A stretch of 64,000 nucleotides of DNA from Eledone cirrhosa (Eukaryota): NCBI GenBank assembly GCA_964016885.1, contig OZ024740.1:183148001-183212000 (forward strand). The letters are read 5' to 3'. Shown one piece after another: positions 26,890 to 40,700 of this stretch. Below the pieces are notes generated by a model. That model ran no database searches, was not told where the DNA came from, and saw only the letters and a program-made list of their open reading frames with translations. A program made the translations under genes and the position numbers. How positions within the stretch are numbered: position 1 is the first letter of the stretch; each line of letters opens with the position of its first letter.

Positions 26890-29570
26890 TATCATCATGG
26901 CTTGGCTTCGCGAACGAATATTAGAAGGGTTGTCCGCGTCGTCTGCAGGCACGCTCATGACTGACAAGTCCGATGCCGGAAAGGTAGATCCGTGAGCAGT
27001 GTCCACGGGTGAAGGTAACGTCCGGTCTGGTGTCAGAGGCGGCTTGAGCCTTCCTTCTGCGTCTCTTGTCTTTTTGCGCGTCTCTTCTGTCTCCCTCAAA
27101 CTCCCTGACCGCGTTGAAGATCATTTGGTGCCAGGCATCATGGTTCGCAGCCAGGTCTGACCAGCATTGGTGGTCAACATGACATGTGGTGAGAGACTTT
27201 TTGAGGCAGTCGTCGTAGCGTTTCTTCGAGGCTCCTCTCTCTCGATGGCCGGTGGAGATTTCGCTAAACAGGGCAATCTTAGGAAGGCGATGGTTCTCCA
27301 TTCTGGAGACATGCCCTGCGCATCGGAGGTGGTACTTCAGTAGCATGGCTTCAATGCTGGGGATCTCGGCCTGCACCAGAACTTCAACGTTTGTGACGAA
27401 GTCACTCCAGCGAATGTTGAGGCTGGTGCGGAGACATCGCTGCTGGAAGCGCTCGAGGAGACGGATGTGACTGCGGTAGGTGACCCAGGTCTCCGAGCCG
27501 TATAGGAGAGTGGTGAGAACCACGGCCCTGTAGTCACTGAACCTTGTCTTGTTCTTCAGGATTTTGTTGTGCCAAACACGTTTATACAATCTGCCAAAGG
27601 AGCTATTTGCCATAGAGAGTCAGTTGTCAATTTCTTTGTCGATCCTTGCATCGGATAAGATGATGCAGCCCAGGTATGTGAACTGCTGTTTGATTTCAGT
27701 TCGGTATCACAGATAGTGATGTAGGGTGGGCGGTATTCTTCTTGGGGGGCAGGCTGGTAAAGACCCTCCGTCTTCTTGAGGCTAACCTCCAGGCCAAAGA
27801 GCCGTGAGGCGTCCGCAAAACAGGACGTGATGCGCTGCAGAGCTCGCTCTGTGTGGGCGACGAGGGCAGCGTCGTCCGCGAAGAGAAGGTCTCGGATCAG
27901 CCTCTCCTGGGTCTTGGTATGGGCTTGTAGGCGCCGTCCATACGGTACCTGACATACACCTCATCCCCATCTTCCAGATCTTCAGTTGCATACTTGAGCA
28001 TCATGCTGAAGAAGATGATGAAGAGAGTCGGTGCCAGGACACAATCCTGCTTCACGCCGTTGGAGATGGGGAAGGGATCCGACAGGTCACCGTTGAGTCT
28101 TATCTGGCCGCGCTAGTTCTCGTGCAGCTGGATCACCATCTGTAGAAACTTGGTGGGACAACCAAGTCGTTCCAGGATGAGCCATAGTCCTGTCCTGCTC
28201 ACTGTGTCAAATGCTTTTGTGATGTCGACAAAAGCAGCATAGAGTCCCTTGTTTTGTTCTCGGCACTTCTCCTGGAGTTGGCGGAGGACGAACACCACGT
28301 CCGCCGTGCCTCTGTTGGCTCTGAAGCCACACTGGCTCTCTGGGAGGTTTTCTTCAGCGATAGTTGGTACGAGCCTGTTGAGCAGGATCCTGGCAAGTAC
28401 TTTGAAAGCGATGGAGAGTAGGGTGATTCCCCGGTAGTTGCAGCAGTCAGACTTTTCACCCTTGTTCTTGTACAGGGTTATGATGACGGCGTCGCGAAGA
28501 TCCTGTGGCAGCTTACCCTGCTCCCAACAGCAGACAAGAAAATCGTGTAGCTAGTCGTGGAGCGTCGGACCTCCATTCTTCGAGATTTCTGGTACGATGC
28601 TGTCAACTCCTGCTGATTTGCGACTCTTGAGTTGTTCTATGGCTTCAGTCGTCTCTTCGAGGGTAGATGGTTCGTCGAGCTCCTCTTTGAGTGGAAGTTG
28701 GGGAACGCGATGGATGGCAGCGTCCTGTACGGTGCGGTCAGCACTGAAGAGGCTTTGGAAGTGCTCGGATCAGCGAGCGAGGATGGAGGTGTTATCAGTG
28801 AGGAGGTCCTCTCCATCTTAACTGCGCAGGGGACTCTGGACATGGTGGGTGGGGCCATACACTGCTTTCAGAGTCTCATAAAAGCCCCTATAGTCTCCGA
28901 GGTCAGCGCACAGCTAGGTTCTCCACGCCAGGTGGTCCCACCACTCGTTCTGTATTTCTCTGAGTTTGCGCTGTAGGGTGCTGCATGCGCGTCGAAAGGT
29001 ATCTTTCTTTACAGGACAGGTTGGTTGTGCAAGGTGGGCCTGATGAGCGGCCCTCTTCTTTGCTAGTAAGTCATGGATCTCCTTGTCATTTTCATCAAAC
29101 CAGTCCTTGTTTTTCTTTTTTGTGTGCCCAAGAACTTCCTCAGATATCTTAAGGATGGCTGATTTCAGGTTCTCCCACAAGGTGTCTGGGGTGTGGTCAT
29201 CAGTGCAAGGGGATTCGTCTAGTTTTTGCTGCAGGTCTGCTTGGAACTTGGCTTTCACCTCCTCCCGGCACAGGCTGCCGACGTTGAGTTTCTTTACGGG
29301 GTTACCTTTCTTCTTGGGTTTGGGTTTGAACTGCAGTCTGAGCTTGCAGCGGACGAAGCGATTGTCAGTGTGGCATTCTGCCACTGGGCATCACTCTAGT
29401 GTGTAGCTCATCTTTCAGGTCCCGTTGGCGCACAAGCACATAGTCAAGTAGATGCCAATATGTGGACCGAGGATGCATCCAAGTTGTTTTCAGGCGGTCT
29501 GTCTGTTGGAAGATTGTGTTAGTAATGGCAAGTTGGTGCTCTGTGCAGAACTCGAGCAGGAGGCGCCCGA
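26890..29570 (-). mobile_element. Decayed RTE (BovB-like) LINE: APE endonuclease end, RT, C-terminus
   Basis: TTWMHPRS, DWFDEND, FVDITKAFDTV, QGCVLAPTLF, FADD, LLYGSETW, RLPK, GLVSH; ATG-repeat tail at ~26890. Confidence 0.9.
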
Positions 29571-29887
29571 ACTACCTCCCCATTGTGCCAGCTGGGAAGT
29601 CTAAGATTACTCCTAGACCAGCGAAAAGTTCGGCGGCAGTGCCTAAGGACGTGGTGGATTTACGCCTGGCAAGCGTTCTCCCTATAAAAAGCCACAGATG
29701 TCCGCAACAGCACTGTGACGTGGCGAGCATGTTCCGCCACTAAATAGGGTCATACCCCCCCCCCCACACACACACACTTCTCCGTATAAGACAAGAGCTG
29801 AAAAAATATCTTTTAACATGTTAAAATATCCCCCACACACTTACAGACACTTTCCTACTGACCCTCCCTCTACCACGAATTACTCTG

Positions 29888-29974
<87 letters not shown>

Positions 29975-30064
29975 TCTTAATAGGCATTTGAACTGTCAAC
30001 AGGCTGCGACTTGCACACACATCCCTGCTGACCATTATCACAACAACGAACCTCTTTACTACTA

Positions 30065-30118
<54 letters not shown>

Positions 30119-30530
30119 TTGTTGTGAAAGACTTATTTCTCATCTCAGTCAGCCGACACAAACCTACATTTGGCGCAAAATCAATTTTTTACATTCACAT
30201 GACCTCTACCGACCAATCAAAATTGTTTTGACTACAAAAATTTTTGCAACACAAATTGGCGCAAAACTTACTTAAATACCGCTGGAGCCACTTTTTTAAC
30301 ATAAAAACAGGTAGAATTCCAAAAACTAATCAGATCAGAGCAAACATCACGGATGCTCTATCTCAAAATTATTTTTGAAAAGCATTAGAAATGCGCAACC
30401 GGTAAAACTTAAAACCAAAACTTAATACTAACCAATACTATTACTAATTATCACTTATTCCTAATTAAACTATTTTTCACTGTGAACAATTTGTCAGCAT
30501 TTTCTATTCCGTTTACCAATATATATATTA

Positions 30531-31731
30531 CAGGGAAAAATGCGGGCGCATGTAAAGAAATATTCTTAAATTAATAAACCTAGAAAAGTAAAGGACAAGT
30601 TATTACACCTGGAAAAGTAAAGGACAAGAACACTTCTTAAAATATTGCAGCTATAGTATAAATTTGAATAATAAAAAATATTTGATTTAAATATAAATAG
30701 AAAGTGATAAATTCTAATAATACAGTTGACTCTCTAATTGATAATAATACTAATTTATGATCATTTATTTAATTTTGTGATCCTAATTTAAACCATAGTG
30801 GTTGGGTCATTAAATAAATATACTTTATTTTACTTTACTAAATGGGACTGAAAAAATGAGTGACAATTATAAACATCAAATAAAACAAAATTTTGGCGTG
30901 TAAATGACACTAACAATTAATTAATAATTAATTAGGGAGCCAACTGTAATGATAAATAATATCAAATTATAATTGTTTAATAATGAAATTTAAGACCTGT
31001 CAGAGATCAAAATAACCAATCTACATTTTTAGGTAGAGTAAAATTAGACTACAATTAATAATTAAACATTGTCTAATTCAACAGTTCATCTAATGAATTG
31101 ATGAATTCACTATAATTGATTGATTCACTATAAATGAATAATTGATGAATTGACTTTTACCTAATTTTGCCCCTTGAGATGTTGAATTTTACTATATTAT
31201 AAAAAAAATCTGTAATACTCATAAAAAGTGCAATTATATGATGCACTGTTTTTGATTTATTTTACTGCATTATTTTATAACTAAATTTTTAAAAATATAA
31301 TTTTATTAAGAGTGAAAATTTTTAAATATCTTATAACATAAGTTAATAAATTGTACATATTAATTATTATTATTATTAATTAATTATTGTACAAATTATT
31401 GTACAAATTATTGTACAAATTTTATTTTAAAAAGATTAATTTGTATACACCAAGAAAAAAATTAAGTATACAGTAGTCAACTCTCCCTATAAGACAATCA
31501 TTTTTCCAGTCCTTTAAAGTGATATTTTTTTATCAATTAACTTATAATTATTTATTTTTAGTTTTATAATCTAAATATTTTTTTTCAAATTTAGACTTTA
31601 GCTGCAATATTTTAAGAAGTTTTAAGAAGTTTTCTTGTCTTTTACCTTTCCAGGTGTAATAACTTGTCCTTTACTTTTCTAGGTTTATTAATTTAAGAAT
31701 ATTTCTTTACATGCGCCCGCATTTTTCCCTG
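30531..31731. mobile_element. Non-autonomous DNA transposon (MITE) with ~125-bp TIRs flanked by TA
   Basis: CAGGGAAAAATGCGGGCGCATGTAAAG... / ...CTTTACATGCGCCCGCATTTTTCCCTG. Confidence 0.85.
30723..30946. mobile_element. Nested small MITE (Tc1/mariner-pogo-like ends, TA TSD)
   Basis: TA-CAGTTGACTCTCTAAT...ATTAGGGAGCCAACTG-TA. Confidence 0.65.
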
Positions 31732-31844
31732 TAATCCACTTTTTTTCCAGGCAATGCAAGGATATTATATTAATATTAATAAAAATATTTATCAACAAAT
31801 AAGTTAAATAATAATGGATAGGAAGAAGAGCAGATAGGAAAAGT

Positions 31845-31916
31845 AATCAGAGTGGAAATCGAACCCACGACCTTCGGATTGCCGGTCCGCTGCTCTACCG
31901 ACTGAGCTACCTGACC
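31845..31916 (-). tRNA. tRNA-like sequence (GGC anticodon position); likely pseudo-tRNA or SINE head
   Basis: GGTCAGG-TAGCTCAGTCGGTAGAGC...GGTCGTGGGTTCGATTTCCAC-TCTGATT; A and B boxes present; lacks U33 and has several G-U pairs in the acceptor stem. Confidence 0.6.
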
Positions 31917-32221
31917 ACAATTCACTATTGCACAATCTATCACTATTTTAATGTATTAGAAATTAGAAACAAACTAAGCGTTACTTATGTATGTAGTTCC
32001 TTACACTCTTTTGGTCCTCACTTATTTTTATGTAACTTTTTTTCTACTGAACCAAATTTCAATATTTTTATGTCGAAAAGTAGCTTATCTGTGGTGCTAT
32101 AAAGTTCAAAAAACCGCATCCAAATTCTATAAAAAATTGAATTAGTGACAAAGCTTTGAAGGTGTCGCGAGTGACCGAAATGGGACCTTAAGAATATTAT
32201 ACACCTACTACCGTAGGTGTA

Positions 32222-32258
<37 letters not shown>

Positions 32259-32458
32259 NNNNNNNNNNNNNNNNNNNNNNNNNNNNNNNNNNNNNNNNNN
32301 NNNNNNNNNNNNNNNNNNNNNNNNNNNNNNNNNNNNNNNNNNNNNNNNNNNNNNNNNNNNNNNNNNNNNNNNNNNNNNNNNNNNNNNNNNNNNNNNNNNN
32401 NNNNNNNNNNNNNNNNNNNNNNNNNNNNNNNNNNNNNNNNNNNNNNNNNNNNNNNNNN
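32259..32458. other. Assembly gap (200 N)
   Basis: N run. Confidence 1.
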
Positions 32459-35400
32459 TGCTTTCATCGAGAATGACACAGCTAGAGACTTATAGAATAC
32501 TTAGCTGTGTACAGGAACTGGTTTGAAAGAGCGGTTGCCGGTCCGGCAGAAATTAGAAATTGGAATAAATGCTCTGAAATAGCGATATATATGTGAATAT
32601 AGACACAGAATATTCGAAAATATTCTGTATGTTTATAATAAACATTTTGAAGACCTAATCGCTATAGAATAGAATACGTCACGTATTACAATTAGATTCT
32701 CGATAAAAGCAAGGGAAGTAAGTCTACGCGTTTCATTCTTGTTAGAATTCATCAGGACTACATATCCAGTGCTTTCATCGAGAATGACACAGCTAGAGAC
32801 TTATAGAATACTTAGCTGTGTACAGGAACTGGTTTGAAAGAGCGGTTGCCGGTCCGGCAGAAATTAGAAATTGGAATAAATGCTCTGAAATAGCGATATA
32901 TATGTGAATATAGACACAGAATATTCGAAAATATTCTGTATGTTTATAATAAACATTTTGAAGACCTAATCGCTATAGAATAGAATACGTCACGTATTAC
33001 AATTAGATTCTCGATAAAAGCAAGGGAAGTAAGTCTACGCGTTTCATTCTTGTTAGAATTCATCAGGACTACATATCCAGTGCTTTCATCGAGAATGACA
33101 CAGCTAGAGACTTATAGAATACTTAGCTGTGTACAGGAACTGGTTTGAAAGAGCGGTTGCCGGTCCGGCAGAAATTAGAAATTGGAATAAATGCTCTGAA
33201 ATAGCGATATATATGTGAATATAGACACAGAATATTCGAAAATATTCTGTATGTTTATAATAAACATTTTGAAGACCTAATCGCTATAGAATAGAATACG
33301 TCACGTATTACAATTAGATTCTCGATAAAAGCAAGGGAAGTAAGTCTACGCGTTTCATTCTTGTTAGAATTCATCAGGACTACATATCCAGTGCTTTCAT
33401 CGAGAATGACACAGCTAGAGACTTATAGAATACTTAGCTGTGTACAGGAACTGGTTTGAAAGAGCGGTTGCCGGTCCGGCAGAAATTAGAAATTGGAATA
33501 AATGCTCTGAAATAGCGATATATATGTGAATATAGACACAGAATATTCGAAAATATTCTGTATGTTTATAATAAACATTTTGAAGACCTAATCGCTATAG
33601 AATAGAATACGTCACGTATTACAATTAGATTCTCGATAAAAGCAAGGGAAGTAAGTCTACGCGTTTCATTCTTGTTAGAATTCATCAGGACTACATATCC
33701 AGTGCTTTCATCGAGAATGACACAGCTAGAGACTTATAGAATACTTAGCTGTGTACAGGAACTGGTTTGAAAGAGCGGTTGCCGGTCCGGCAGAAATTAG
33801 AAATTGGAATAAATGCTCTGAAATAGCGATATATATGTGAATATAGACACAGAATATTCGAAAATATTCTGTATGTTTATAATAAACATTTTGAAGACCT
33901 AATCGCTATAGAATAGAATACGTCACGTATTACAATTAGATTCTCGATAAAAGCAAGGGAAGTAAGTCTACGCGTTTCATTCTTGTTAGAATTCATCAGG
34001 ACTACATATCCAGTGCTTTCATCGAGAATGACACAGCTAGAGACTTATAGAATACTTAGCTGTGTACAGGAACTGGTTTGAAAGAGCGGTTGCCGGTCCG
34101 GCAGAAATTAGAAATTGGAATAAATGCTCTGAAATAGCGATATATATGTGAATATAGACACAGAATATTCGAAAATATTCTGTATGTTTATAATAAACAT
34201 TTTGAAGACCTAATCGCTATAGAATAGAATACGTCACGTATTACAATTAGATTCTCGATAAAAGCAAGGGAAGTAAGTCTACGCGTTTCATTCTTGTTAG
34301 AATTCATCAGGACTACATATCCAGTGCTTTCATCGAGAATGACACAGCTAGAGACTTATAGAATACTTAGCTGTGTACAGGAACTGGTTTGAAAGAGCGG
34401 TTGCCGGTCCGGCAGAAATTAGAAATTGGAATAAATGCTCTGAAATAGCGATATATATGTGAATATAGACACAGAATATTCGAAAATATTCTGTATGTTT
34501 ATAATAAACATTTTGAAGACCTAATCGCTATAGAATAGAATACGTCACGTATTACAATTAGATTCTCGATAAAAGCAAGGGAAGTAAGTCTACGCGTTTC
34601 ATTCTTGTTAGAATTCATCAGGACTACATATCCAGTGCTTTCATCGAGAATGACACAGCTAGAGACTTATAGAATACTTAGCTGTGTACAGGAACTGGTT
34701 TGAAAGAGCGGTTGCCGGTCCGGCAGAAATTAGAAATTGGAATAAATGCTCTGAAATAGCGATATATATGTGAATATAGACACAGAATATTCGAAAATAT
34801 TCTGTATGTTTATAATAAACATTTTGAAGACCTAATCGCTATAGAATAGAATACGTCACGTATTACAATTAGATTCTCGATAAAAGCAAGGGAAGTAAGT
34901 CTACGCGTTTCATTCTTGTTAGAATTCATCAGGACTACATATCCAGTGCTTTCATCGAGAATGACACAGCTAGAGACTTATAGAATACTTAGCTGTGTAC
35001 AGGAACTGGTTTGAAAGAGCGGTTGCCGGTCCGGCAGAAATTAGAAATTGGAATAAATGCTCTGAAATAGCGATATATATGTGAATATAGACACAGAATA
35101 TTCGAAAATATTCTGTATGTTTATAATAAACATTTTGAAGACCTAATCGCTATAGAATAGAATACGTCACGTATTACAATTAGATTCTCGATAAAAGCAA
35201 GGGAAGTAAGTCTACGCGTTTCATTCTTGTTAGAATTCATCAGGACTACATATCCAGTGCTTTCATCGAGAATGACACAGCTAGAGACTTATAGAATACT
35301 TAGCTGTGTACAGGAACTGGTTTGAAAGAGCGGTTGCCGGTCCGGCAGAAATTAGAAATTGGAATAAATGCTCTGAAATAGCGATATATATGTGAATATA

Positions 35401-37724
35401 GACACAGAATATTCGAAAATATTCTGTATGTTTATAATAAACATTTTGAAGACCTAATCGCTATAGAATAGAATACGTCACGTATTACAATTAGATTCTC
35501 GATAAAAGCAAGGGAAGTAAGTCTACGCGTTTCATTCTTGTTAGAATTCATCAGGACTACATATCCAGTGCTTTCATCGAGAATGACACAGCTAGAGACT
35601 TATAGAATACTTAGCTGTGTACAGGAACTGGTTTGAAAGAGCGGTTGCCGGTCCGGCAGAAATTAGAAATTGGAATAAATGCTCTGAAATAGCGATATAT
35701 ATGTGAATATAGACACAGAATATTCGAAAATATTCTGTATGTTTATAATAAACATTTTGAAGACCTAATCGCTATAGAATAGAATACGTCACGTATTACA
35801 ATTAGATTCTCGATAAAAGCAAGGGAAGTAAGTCTACGCGTTTCATTCTTGTTAGAATTCATCAGGACTACATATCCAGTGCTTTCATCGAGAATGACAC
35901 AGCTAGAGACTTATAGAATACTTAGCTGTGTACAGGAACTGGTTTGAAAGAGCGGTTGCCGGTCCGGCAGAAATTAGAAATTGGAATAAATGCTCTGAAA
36001 TAGCGATATATATGTGAATATAGACACAGAATATTCGAAAATATTCTGTATGTTTATAATAAACATTTTGAAGACCTAATCGCTATAGAATAGAATACGT
36101 CACGTATTACAATTAGATTCTCGATAAAAGCAAGGGAAGTAAGTCTACGCGTTTCATTCTTGTTAGAATTCATCAGGACTACATATCCAGTGCTTTCATC
36201 GAGAATGACACAGCTAGAGACTTATAGAATACTTAGCTGTGTACAGGAACTGGTTTGAAAGAGCGGTTGCCGGTCCGGCAGAAATTAGAAATTGGAATAA
36301 ATGCTCTGAAATAGCGATATATATGTGAATATAGACACAGAATATTCGAAAATATTCTGTATGTTTATAATAAACATTTTGAAGACCTAATCGCTATAGA
36401 ATAGAATACGTCACGTATTACAATTAGATTCTCGATAAAAGCAAGGGAAGTAAGTCTACGCGTTTCATTCTTGTTAGAATTCATCAGGACTACATATCCA
36501 GTGCTTTCATCGAGAATGACACAGCTAGAGACTTATAGAATACTTAGCTGTGTACAGGAACTGGTTTGAAAGAGCGGTTGCCGGTCCGGCAGAAATTAGA
36601 AATTGGAATAAATGCTCTGAAATAGCGATATATATGTGAATATAGACACAGAATATTCGAAAATATTCTGTATGTTTATAATAAACATTTTGAAGACCTA
36701 ATCGCTATAGAATAGAATACGTCACGTATTACAATTAGATTCTCGATAAAAGCAAGGGAAGTAAGTCTACGCGTTTCATTCTTGTTAGAATTCATCAGGA
36801 CTACATATCCAGTGCTTTCATCGAGAATGACACAGCTAGAGACTTATAGAATACTTAGCTGTGTACAGGAACTGGTTTGAAAGAGCGGTTGCCGGTCCGG
36901 CAGAAATTAGAAATTGGAATAAATGCTCTGAAATAGCGATATATATGTGAATATAGACACAGAATATTCGAAAATATTCTGTATGTTTATAATAAACATT
37001 TTGAAGACCTAATCGCTATAGAATAGAATACGTCACGTATTACAATTAGATTCTCGATAAAAGCAAGGGAAGTAAGTCTACGCGTTTCATTCTTGTTAGA
37101 ATTCATCAGGACTACATATCCAGTGCTTTCATCGAGAATGACACAGCTAGAGACTTATAGAATACTTAGCTGTGTACAGGAACTGGTTTGAAAGAGCGGT
37201 TGCCGGTCCGGCAGAAATTAGAAATTGGAATAAATGCTCTGAAATAGCGATATATATGTGAATATAGACACAGAATATTCGAAAATATTCTGTATGTTTA
37301 TAATAAACATTTTGAAGACCTAATCGCTATAGAATAGAATACGTCACGTATTACAATTAGATTCTCGATAAAAGCAAGGGAAGTAAGTCTACGCGTTTCA
37401 TTCTTGTTAGAATTCATCAGGACTACATATCCAGTGCTTTCATCGAGAATGACACAGCTAGAGACTTATAGAATACTTAGCTGTGTACAGGAACTGGTTT
37501 GAAAGAGCGGTTGCCGGTCCGGCAGAAATTAGAAATTGGAATAAATGCTCTGAAATAGCGATATATATGTGAATATAGACACAGAATATTCGAAAATATT
37601 CTGTATGTTTATAATAAACATTTTGAAGACCTAATCGCTATAGAATAGAATACGTCACGTATTACAATTAGATTCTCGATAAAAGCAAGGGAAGTAAGTC
37701 TACGCGTTTCATTCTTGTTAGAAT
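32459..37724 (-). repeat. 311-bp hammerhead-containing tandem array, left arm (~16.9 units, 16 intact HHRs on the minus strand)
   Basis: CTTTCATCGAG at 32461, 32772...; TCATCAG cores from 32749 to 37414 at 311-bp spacing. Confidence 0.97.
32721..32759 (-). ncRNA. Minimal type I hammerhead ribozyme (first of 16 on the minus strand)
   Basis: Reverse complement of 37742-37780. Confidence 0.85.
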
Positions 37725-40700
37725 GAAAGCACTGGATATGTAGTCCTGATGAATTCTAACAAGAATGAAACGCGTAGACTTACTTCCCTTGCTTTTATCG
37801 AGAATCTAATTGTAATACGTGACGTATTCTATTCTATAGCGATTAGGTCTTCAAAATGTTTATTATAAACATACAGAATATTTTCGAATATTCTGTGTCT
37901 ATATTCACATATATATCGCTATTTCAGAGCATTTATTCCAATTTCTAATTTCTGCCGGACCGGCAACCGCTCTTTCAAACCAGTTCCTGTACACAGCTAA
38001 GTATTCTATAAGTCTCTAGCTGTGTCATTCTCGATGAAAGCACTGGATATGTAGTCCTGATGAATTCTAACAAGAATGAAACGCGTAGACTTACTTCCCT
38101 TGCTTTTATCGAGAATCTAATTGTAATACGTGACGTATTCTATTCTATAGCGATTAGGTCTTCAAAATGTTTATTATAAACATACAGAATATTTTCGAAT
38201 ATTCTGTGTCTATATTCACATATATATCGCTATTTCAGAGCATTTATTCCAATTTCTAATTTCTGCCGGACCGGCAACCGCTCTTTCAAACCAGTTCCTG
38301 TACACAGCTAAGTATTCTATAAGTCTCTAGCTGTGTCATTCTCGATGAAAGCACTGGATATGTAGTCCTGATGAATTCTAACAAGAATGAAACGCGTAGA
38401 CTTACTTCCCTTGCTTTTATCGAGAATCTAATTGTAATACGTGACGTATTCTATTCTATAGCGATTAGGTCTTCAAAATGTTTATTATAAACATACAGAA
38501 TATTTTCGAATATTCTGTGTCTATATTCACATATATATCGCTATTTCAGAGCATTTATTCCAATTTCTAATTTCTGCCGGACCGGCAACCGCTCTTTCAA
38601 ACCAGTTCCTGTACACAGCTAAGTATTCTATAAGTCTCTAGCTGTGTCATTCTCGATGAAAGCACTGGATATGTAGTCCTGATGAATTCTAACAAGAATG
38701 AAACGCGTAGACTTACTTCCCTTGCTTTTATCGAGAATCTAATTGTAATACGTGACGTATTCTATTCTATAGCGATTAGGTCTTCAAAATGTTTATTATA
38801 AACATACAGAATATTTTCGAATATTCTGTGTCTATATTCACATATATATCGCTATTTCAGAGCATTTATTCCAATTTCTAATTTCTGCCGGACCGGCAAC
38901 CGCTCTTTCAAACCAGTTCCTGTACACAGCTAAGTATTCTATAAGTCTCTAGCTGTGTCATTCTCGATGAAAGCACTGGATATGTAGTCCTGATGAATTC
39001 TAACAAGAATGAAACGCGTAGACTTACTTCCCTTGCTTTTATCGAGAATCTAATTGTAATACGTGACGTATTCTATTCTATAGCGATTAGGTCTTCAAAA
39101 TGTTTATTATAAACATACAGAATATTTTCGAATATTCTGTGTCTATATTCACATATATATCGCTATTTCAGAGCATTTATTCCAATTTCTAATTTCTGCC
39201 GGACCGGCAACCGCTCTTTCAAACCAGTTCCTGTACACAGCTAAGTATTCTATAAGTCTCTAGCTGTGTCATTCTCGATGAAAGCACTGGATATGTAGTC
39301 CTGATGAATTCTAACAAGAATGAAACGCGTAGACTTACTTCCCTTGCTTTTATCGAGAATCTAATTGTAATACGTGACGTATTCTATTCTATAGCGATTA
39401 GGTCTTCAAAATGTTTATTATAAACATACAGAATATTTTCGAATATTCTGTGTCTATATTCACATATATATCGCTATTTCAGAGCATTTATTCCAATTTC
39501 TAATTTCTGCCGGACCGGCAACCGCTCTTTCAAACCAGTTCCTGTACACAGCTAAGTATTCTATAAGTCTCTAGCTGTGTCATTCTCGATGAAAGCACTG
39601 GATATGTAGTCCTGATGAATTCTAACAAGAATGAAACGCGTAGACTTACTTCCCTTGCTTTTATCGAGAATCTAATTGTAATACGTGACGTATTCTATTC
39701 TATAGCGATTAGGTCTTCAAAATGTTTATTATAAACATACAGAATATTTTCGAATATTCTGTGTCTATATTCACATATATATCGCTATTTCAGAGCATTT
39801 ATTCCAATTTCTAATTTCTGCCGGACCGGCAACCGCTCTTTCAAACCAGTTCCTGTACACAGCTAAGTATTCTATAAGTCTCTAGCTGTGTCATTCTCGA
39901 TGAAAGCACTGGATATGTAGTCCTGATGAATTCTAACAAGAATGAAACGCGTAGACTTACTTCCCTTGCTTTTATCGAGAATCTAATTGTAATACGTGAC
40001 GTATTCTATTCTATAGCGATTAGGTCTTCAAAATGTTTATTATAAACATACAGAATATTTTCGAATATTCTGTGTCTATATTCACATATATATCGCTATT
40101 TCAGAGCATTTATTCCAATTTCTAATTTCTGCCGGACCGGCAACCGCTCTTTCAAACCAGTTCCTGTACACAGCTAAGTATTCTATAAGTCTCTAGCTGT
40201 GTCATTCTCGATGAAAGCACTGGATATGTAGTCCTGATGAATTCTAACAAGAATGAAACGCGTAGACTTACTTCCCTTGCTTTTATCGAGAATCTAATTG
40301 TAATACGTGACGTATTCTATTCTATAGCGATTAGGTCTTCAAAATGTTTATTATAAACATACAGAATATTTTCGAATATTCTGTGTCTATATTCACATAT
40401 ATATCGCTATTTCAGAGCATTTATTCCAATTTCTAATTTCTGCCGGACCGGCAACCGCTCTTTCAAACCAGTTCCTGTACACAGCTAAGTATTCTATAAG
40501 TCTCTAGCTGTGTCATTCTCGATGAAAGCACTGGATATGTAGTCCTGATGAATTCTAACAAGAATGAAACGCGTAGACTTACTTCCCTTGCTTTTATCGA
40601 GAATCTAATTGTAATACGTGACGTATTCTATTCTATAGCGATTAGGTCTTCAAAATGTTTATTATAAACATACAGAATATTTTCGAATATTCTGTGTCTA

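Noticed and set aside
31879-31889. 11-nt match TTGCCGGTCCG between the tRNA-like sequence and the 311-bp unit
   Set aside because: Too short to infer a relationship
32150-32195. TTGAAGG...GACC-GAAA as a hammerhead
   Set aside because: No valid core or helix I/III; more likely the end of another repeat
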